DNA of 64,000 nucleotides, from assembly GCA_965223295.1 (NCBI GenBank), contig CBDCWC010000002.1, positions 1,712,459 through 1,776,458 on the forward strand, in the 5' to 3' direction. A program made the position numbers and the translations under genes. Positions within the stretch are counted from its first letter, which is position 1, and each line of letters begins with the position of its first letter. This document shows, in pieces, positions 58,100 to 64,000 of the stretch. Source of the DNA: Nitrospirales bacterium. Lineage in GTDB: Bacteria; Nitrospirota; Nitrospiria; Nitrospirales; UBA8639. The notes beneath the pieces were generated by a model, which was not told where the DNA came from, ran no database searches, and saw nothing but the letters and a program-made list of their open reading frames with translations.

Positions 58100-61000
58100 T
58101 TACTTTGCTACCGTCGGAATGATTCGAGCTTCACTCAAATCATTTTCAAGAGTCGCTTGTTTATTCGAAGATGTCGAACCCGATAACGGCAAAATCCGTT
58201 GATCCGTACTTGGCAAGACTCGGAGATAGCCCCATTGACCTGATTGAGAATAGGGTAACCGACCATTACTCCACACATAATCTCCAGCCATGGCCCATTT
58301 TCCACCGGCCGAAGGCAGGAACACATCAAGACCTTCCGAACCCGAGAACTCTACGGTACTGATCATATCTGCACCAGGGAGAAAAGGTTCGATTGGCCAT
58401 TCATGTTTTTCAACGGTAAACATGCCATTTTGCTCACTACTGGCGCCAAAGACATGAATACGGACTTTGTCACCTGCATGAGCTTCAATGGTTGGCGTCA
58501 CAGGATCCTGCGGATTATCTACCTCACAAGGTTGGAACATCCGTCCCAAAGAACAGCCTGCCTCTTCTCGATGGAGATAGGGCTCTGCACGATAATTGAC
58601 ACCAACAAGACCAGCTACATTTTGAACATATGGCATAAAGCTTGTTCCAATGATGTTGTCCTCATCTTGGAAATACAAGGCGACATCACGATAATTATCA
58701 CGTCCTTCATTTCCTTGGATCGTGCGATCAATAATGACGTCCGCATTCCAACTATTTTTGAGAGAAATGTCTTCACCTGTCTTAGGATCACGATACGTGG
58801 ACCCCTTTGGCCCAATGACAATTCCGCCAAATAATCCATTACGCGGATTCATGGCTGCATTCCCAAAATCCCATACCAAGGATTGCGTTTCTCCATTGAA
58901 CGGGTCCGCATAATAAGTATAGGTTCGGGATTCACCAGGAGCCACTGTTTGGTCGCCTGGATTATTCCCCAAATTCACACCTTGGGAATCCAAAGGATCA
59001 AACACTAAGCTAAATGCCGAAAAAGAAGCGCGCCCTTCTTTGAGTTTATTGGTTAAATTAATTTTGAGACAATCACCCACATTGGCCCGAATGGTTAACG
59101 GCATGGGTTGAACATCCCCAGCGACCTTTTGTACTTCGTCTTCCAAGACATAGATTTTGGCTTCTGGATTCCGAAGTTCTATCGTTCGTTCAAAATCAAC
59201 TTCTATGGATTCTTCAGCATTAGAATTAAAACTCATACTTGGGTGGTCCATCGCGACCACATTAAAGCTCTTAACTGGAGCGTCGCTAGGACATACCGGC
59301 AATTTTTCAGGCATTCCAGGCTTCCCATACGCCTTCGTGGGCAAAGGCTTCAGATCGTCCGTTGGTTTATCAAGCACCCGAATAATCCCCCAGGCTCCTT
59401 CCGAGAACTTTGAGCTTCGGCCATTAAAGAACATATAGTCCCCTGGCAGATGCCTCGGGCCACCAGCTTCTGGAACCACTAAATCATATCGTTCAGCAAT
59501 TCCAACATGTATGGAATTTTTTCGATTTGATTCTTCGGCATACCGCTCAGTCCAGAAGGTATGTCCTGAAACTGTAAACACATTGCTTTCATTCATCGTC
59601 ACGTCAATCAACCGAAACACAATGGCATCCCCAAGATAGGCCCGTAACATGGCTGTACTTGGATCACCATGAACCGTACTGCTAAAGATCTGAGACGGCT
59701 CTGGATTGTTGACTAAGCGCTGTGCAAATGGTTCCGCTCGGAAATTCAAAGCTCCTCCTGTGGTATGAGTTCCTCCATTCAAAAATGGCATGGGAGTCAT
59801 TTTAATCTTGTCATTTGGAGGCATAATGAACGACACCGTCCGACCAGCCTCAAGAGCTACATCAATAGGTTGGCCTGGAGGATTTCCAGCCGTCACCACA
59901 TTGACCGTATGAGGAACAGTATCCATCACATGAACCATCAGTTCGCGGAAGCTCCCGGCTACATCATGACCAACACGTTCGACAGCATGGATATCTGCAA
60001 CAGGACCTGTGCGAATTGGTTCACCAGTAACAGGATCGTGCCAGGTCGAATTGAAAGGCTCGGCAATCATCGTTCCAACTGCACCATGAGGCCACGTGGT
60101 TCCCCCAAATGCATGATCATGCCAGAAGACACTTCCAACGTCAGCATCAACCCAAAAACGTTGTCGAACATACTCCACAGTAACGATGTCTCCAACGGGA
60201 TGATCATTCTCCAAAGGTTGATCAAATGTCAGGGTATTAGCACCTGTCGAAGCAGGAGCAGCATCAACGGACCCCAAACCAGGAACTTTTAACTTCTGTC
60301 CAACGAAGATAAGGTTTTCATCTTTCAACCCATTCAATTCACGCAATGAACTCACCGATGTTCCAAATGAATTGGCGATCTTTCCTAAGGTATCCCCCGG
60401 CGTGACTGTATAATCCGAAGCACCTGCCGCAGAAGCTGATGATCCGCCACTGCCTCCGATAGCCACAATCCTACGAATTTCTTGTCCTTCAACATTATCT
60501 GCACCAATGAGGATCGGAATGCCGACATGATATTGCTTGGCATTTGTCACTTCGATGGTTTTATCACCTTTCTTACTGGCCTTCGTGACCTTCGCATTCA
60601 TCGGAATAGGCAACCCTTTTTTAGTGGGCTTCTCAAATTCTGTGAAAGGCCGCATAGATTGCTCATACGAAAACCCTGAAATCACGCCATCTGAGGCTTG
60701 ATTATCAAACTGGAAGAAATGGAAATGCGTATTGATCTTTGATGATTGGAAATTAGTGATGTCATCATCCAACCATTCACTGGTCAGCGTCCAATCAATA
60801 CAATCATACACATTGGCTCGAACAACCAACGGAAATTTCTTATCATTGTTCGCTCGCACCTCTTCTTCTTCTTCATGTACTACATAGAGGAGCCCATTCG
60901 GATCGACAATGGCTGGCTCATCCCCTTCAGCTGCTGACAACTCAATTGGCAGTTTAATAAAATGGACATTGTAATCTTGTGAACCGGCCCGATCTGGGCA

Positions 61001-63196
61001 TAAACTCCATGGCCCATTTTCTCCTGGTTTGGCTGGCCCAACAGATCGAGTTCCATCTTCATTCAATCTGATCATTTCTAACCAAGGCGCAGGATTATGG
61101 TCATTCGAAAAAGGCACACGTTTACCAAAGTGCGGGGTCAACCACGGCCAGGCCACTTTCCCAGTGGTTGGTTCGAACCAGATCTGCCGTCGCTCACCAG
61201 GCTTATATCCCATCCATTCAGGATGATACTTGGGATTTTCACCAATTGATGGCTCCTTTTCACTCATGGCCTTATTGCCATTCCAGACCCAATCCATGAC
61301 CGTGGCGTCATAGGACTTAAGTTGTCCCTCTTCACTATCAGCATTTCCAGGCTTTCCCTGGTTGGTCAACTGCATTTCGACCCAGTCTTTGATATTGACG
61401 ACGGCAGGCTCGGCTTTCCAATTACTCTTGCCTTTGCCCACGATCTTAAACTTCTTTCCAAACCAATTCACCGTTTTTCCAACCAATTGATCTGATGTGA
61501 CTGGCTTATGGATACGACCTAAACGATCCGGCAATTCCCGTAACGGAGCCATCACGTCATTTTGAATACCGGGCTCCTGCATGGTGTTATACACCCGCCA
61601 GTAGCCCCACATTCCTGCGACGTAATGATGTGCCACATGACAATGGAACAAAAAGTCACCAGCCAGCCATTGGCACAATCCCGATCCACATTCGGTTTCT
61701 AAATCTAAGGCTTCAGCCGGCCCAATCACTTCCACGTCAACTCGATCAGACTTGGTTCGAATGACTGGATATTTCACAGGACCATTCTGCCCAGTGTTCC
61801 ACACAGGCATTTGAGTGGCCCGTGGATTTCGTTGCCATCTGATAGACCCTCCATGAGGATGATGGGAATGGAAGACTTCTGATCCGCCATGAACAAGACG
61901 GAATTTCGCTGGATCTCCTAAATAACTGCGAGGAATCGTAGGCGCTGCATCACCAAATGTATATGAGCTATACGCCATGGATTCGTCTTCAAACCCAAAG
62001 TACTCGTGCTGCACATGCATATTATTAATACCGAAAGGCTCACTTCGATAGTTGATTGCCCGAGCACCTGGTCGATACGCATCCGTTAGTGGGTCCCGTT
62101 GGGGCAGAAAATCTCCATGTTTGTTAACGGGACGAAACGCTTCATCACCAACTTCATGATAGATAAGCACGAACTCCCTAAAGTCTGGTCCGTCACCATT
62201 ATCAATCATAACCTGCCAACCACTTGTGGCCTCGGTAGCGGGTCCTGTTCCTAAAGGCTCATAATAATTTGAACCATGAGGCTCAACCACAAAAACCCCA
62301 AACATCCCCATCACCGTTAGTTCTCGATCATTGCTAAATGTATGGAATTGCCGCCCACCCTCCTGAGTATCAGGATGAATATACCACTCCATGTTAATGG
62401 CTTCGCCTTCTTCAGCCACTGACTCAGGATTACTGGTCGTCGCCGGTTGACCAGTTTCGCTCATCACCATATCTGATCCATTAATGTGCAAGCTCACTTC
62501 TTCGCCAAACTCTAAGGCATTGCGAAGCGTGATCTTCACACAATCTCCTTGATTACCCCTAATGACTAAAGGCTGAATCCATTGATCTTGAATGCCGTTT
62601 TTAACTGCACCTGGGTCACCATGTCCTTCTGAATCACGAGCTTCAGCGTTTTTTTCTTCTTCTTCTCGAACCTTTTCAATATTTTCCGTTAAGGTGTACA
62701 TATACCCTGGGTAGTAGTCCAACCATTGATTCAGAGTAATTTCCACATTGATGGCTGAAACATCATAATGTCTGACTGCTGCGGTCTTGGGACACAAACC
62801 GCCATTCATGGATACCGGTTCAGCGCCAATATTGCTGGATAAAAGACCATTTCCCGGACCACCGCCATATTGGTGAATCATGGACATGGAATTAAAGGCG
62901 CCAGTATTTTGCGCATTATGCTCCATGTCCTTTTGCATCTGCTGCATCATCCGTTCATGCTGCTGCTCTACCAACGCAGCGCGTTCAGCTCGGCCCTCCA
63001 TTGAATTCTCTATAATAGTTTGTCCTTTGAGCTTTTCAGCCCAAGCTGGAGATTGTGATGACATTCCAGCCTTATGCATCATAGCGTTATGAGATTCTCC
63101 GGCCAAGAGAGCCCCAGCCGAAACCAGCGAAATCCCACTGATGAACAAACCTAGAGATAGGGCTGTCACGGCTTTTCGAGTGTTCACATAAAACAT
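58100..63196 (-). CDS. Very large multicopper oxidase (MnxG-like architecture) with an internal LysM domain
   Basis: [24 protein letters not shown] and FWHDH; repeated P.VIRxxxGDC domains; signal peptide. Confidence 0.88.
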   Translation of the reverse strand: MFYVNTRKAVTALSLGLFISGISLVSAGALLAGESHNAMMHKAGMSSQSPAWAEKLKGQTIIENSMEGRAERAALVEQQHERMMQQMQKDMEHNAQNTGAFNSMSMIHQYGGGPGNGLLSSNIGAEPVSMNGGLCPKTAAVRHYDVSAINVEITLNQWLDYYPGYMYTLTENIEKVREEEEKNAEARDSEGHGDPGAVKNGIQDQWIQPLVIRGNQGDCVKITLRNALEFGEEVSLHINGSDMVMSETGQPATTSNPESVAEEGEAINMEWYIHPDTQEGGRQFHTFSNDRELTVMGMFGVFVVEPHGSNYYEPLGTGPATEATSGWQVMIDNGDGPDFREFVLIYHEVGDEAFRPVNKHGDFLPQRDPLTDAYRPGARAINYRSEPFGINNMHVQHEYFGFEDESMAYSSYTFGDAAPTIPRSYLGDPAKFRLVHGGSEVFHSHHPHGGSIRWQRNPRATQMPVWNTGQNGPVKYPVIRTKSDRVDVEVIGPAEALDLETECGSGLCQWLAGDFLFHCHVAHHYVAGMWGYWRVYNTMQEPGIQNDVMAPLRELPDRLGRIHKPVTSDQLVGKTVNWFGKKFKIVGKGKSNWKAEPAVVNIKDWVEMQLTNQGKPGNADSEEGQLKSYDATVMDWVWNGNKAMSEKEPSIGENPKYHPEWMGYKPGERRQIWFEPTTGKVAWPWLTPHFGKRVPFSNDHNPAPWLEMIRLNEDGTRSVGPAKPGENGPWSLCPDRAGSQDYNVHFIKLPIELSAAEGDEPAIVDPNGLLYVVHEEEEEVRANNDKKFPLVVRANVYDCIDWTLTSEWLDDDITNFQSSKINTHFHFFQFDNQASDGVISGFSYEQSMRPFTEFEKPTKKGLPIPMNAKVTKASKKGDKTIEVTNAKQYHVGIPILIGADNVEGQEIRRIVAIGGSGGSSASAAGASDYTVTPGDTLGKIANSFGTSVSSLRELNGLKDENLIFVGQKLKVPGLGSVDAAPASTGANTLTFDQPLENDHPVGDIVTVEYVRQRFWVDADVGSVFWHDHAFGGTTWPHGAVGTMIAEPFNSTWHDPVTGEPIRTGPVADIHAVERVGHDVAGSFRELMVHVMDTVPHTVNVVTAGNPPGQPIDVALEAGRTVSFIMPPNDKIKMTPMPFLNGGTHTTGGALNFRAEPFAQRLVNNPEPSQIFSSTVHGDPSTAMLRAYLGDAIVFRLIDVTMNESNVFTVSGHTFWTERYAEESNRKNSIHVGIAERYDLVVPEAGGPRHLPGDYMFFNGRSSKFSEGAWGIIRVLDKPTDDLKPLPTKAYGKPGMPEKLPVCPSDAPVKSFNVVAMDHPSMSFNSNAEESIEVDFERTIELRNPEAKIYVLEDEVQKVAGDVQPMPLTIRANVGDCLKINLTNKLKEGRASFSAFSLVFDPLDSQGVNLGNNPGDQTVAPGESRTYTYYADPFNGETQSLVWDFGNAAMNPRNGLFGGIVIGPKGSTYRDPKTGEDISLKNSWNADVIIDRTIQGNEGRDNYRDVALYFQDEDNIIGTSFMPYVQNVAGLVGVNYRAEPYLHREEAGCSLGRMFQPCEVDNPQDPVTPTIEAHAGDKVRIHVFGASSEQNGMFTVEKHEWPIEPFLPGADMISTVEFSGSEGLDVFLPSAGGKWAMAGDYVWSNGRLPYSQSGQWGYLRVLPSTDQRILPLSGSTSSNKQATLENDLSEARIIPTVAK

Positions 63197-63307
63197 GGAC
63201 CGGCCTCCTTAAAAATAAATAACCTAATCACTATCCGTATTTTCTAGACCCAAATTGTTCAATTAATCAGACAAAAAGAATCGCACCCTTAAATTAGGGA
63301 GGCCGAA

Positions 63308-63336
63308 AAGGTATCCAAAACAATTCGGCCTGTCAA
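63308..63336 (-). promoter_or_regulatory. sigma70-type promoter of the multicopper oxidase
   Basis: TTGACA-N17-TACCTT on the minus strand. Confidence 0.6.
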
Positions 63337-63511
63337 GTCCACCCTGCATTTCCTATTTTGGGGCTTAAGACTAAAGGGGCAGGTCAGATATGGAGAAACT
63401 TTCGGTAAAAATAACTACGTTGAAGGTCTTAAAAATTGTCAGGAAATGCCAAAGAAAAGATATCCTCCATTCCTCCACCTGCCCTGCTTCATTTTCTTTT
63501 TCCCTTTTTTA

Positions 63512-64000
63512 CTAAAGCTTGGACAACCGATCCGTAAAACGCTGCTGAAAAAAGCAAGCCAGGGACCCAGGTTTTCCATCACAAATGGTTTGCCCGTTTA
63601 TTTCCACGACGGGCAATACCTCGATAGTTGTCCCAACCAAAAAAACTTCATCCGCTGCATACAATGTCTCACAAGTTATTCGATCAAAATGGACCTCTTG
63701 GCCATCCTCTTGAGCCAAATTGATAATCTGTTGTTGAGTCACACCTGATAGGACAAAATGATTCCGCTCTGGAGTTCGAATTTGCCCATTTTTCACCAGA
63801 AAAACATTGCTGGTTGCTCCTTCAATCACTAATCCTTCTCTGATAAAAATTGCTTCAAATGCGCCTGTTTCTTGAGCCTGCTGCTTGGCCAAAACATTGG
63901 GAAGAAGATTCAAGCTTTTAATGTCACAGCGATTCCAACGAATATCTGGAACGGTAATTACTTTGACGCCATGCGTCTTGAACTCAATCGGAAGTGCACC
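63512..64000 (-). CDS. dat: Class IV aminotransferase, D-amino-acid transaminase-like; partial, 5' end off the window
   Basis: The frame stays open to the window end: DIRWNRCDIKSLNLLPNVLAKQQA, EGATSNVF, LSGVT, ADEVFLVGT. Confidence 0.85.
   Translation of the reverse strand, partial: GALPIEFKTHGVKVITVPDIRWNRCDIKSLNLLPNVLAKQQAQETGAFEAIFIREGLVIEGATSNVFLVKNGQIRTPERNHFVLSGVTQQQIINLAQEDGQEVHFDRITCETLYAADEVFLVGTTIEVLPVVEINGQTICDGKPGSLACFFQQRFTDRLSKL

Noticed and set aside
1-64000. CRISPR array, tRNA/rRNA, transposase, prophage or defence genes
   Set aside because: I saw no regularly spaced repeats, RNA-gene signatures or matching proteins on reading the sequence

Overview
This window has no rRNA, tRNA, CRISPR array or intact transposase. 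Its gene content points to a Nitrospirota (Nitrospira-like) nitrite oxidiser; this is an inference from the gene families and their order. The first ~8 kb is housekeeping or LPS-related: a partial O-antigen ligase, kdsD, an oxidoreductase, methyltransferase-like genes and ilvD. From 8 kb onward nearly everything is on the minus strand and forms a large respiratory and metallo-cofactor neighbourhood. (i) 8-24 kb is a putative nitrite-oxidoreductase (NXR) accessory/maturation block: two pentaheme cytochromes, two EB_dh-type NxrC candidates, a TorD-like chaperone, a NapF/G-like ferredoxin, tatA, a radical SAM enzyme, and TPR, NHL and WD40 proteins. No nxrA or nxrB is present. (ii) Next come a PAS histidine kinase and sigma54 regulator pair, then argS-tgt-yajC-secD-secF and mobA. 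(iii) 35-51 kb is a 'bd-like' oxidase block: two CydA-like subunits and no CydB, c-type cytochromes, a diheme NxrC-like protein, FGE-like proteins and DUF420. (iv) 51-63 kb is a copper block: three cupredoxin-like paralogues and a 1698-aa multicopper oxidase with an internal LysM domain. Several items are missing from the ORF track. Two tiny membrane-protein genes (43 and 37 aa) sit behind a perfect sigma70 promoter at the head of the bd-like oxidase operon. There are two families of short MITE-like repeats, one with a 5-bp target-site duplication. The sigma54 regulator carries a four-Cys insert, and a two-gene segment is richer in GC than its neighbours.
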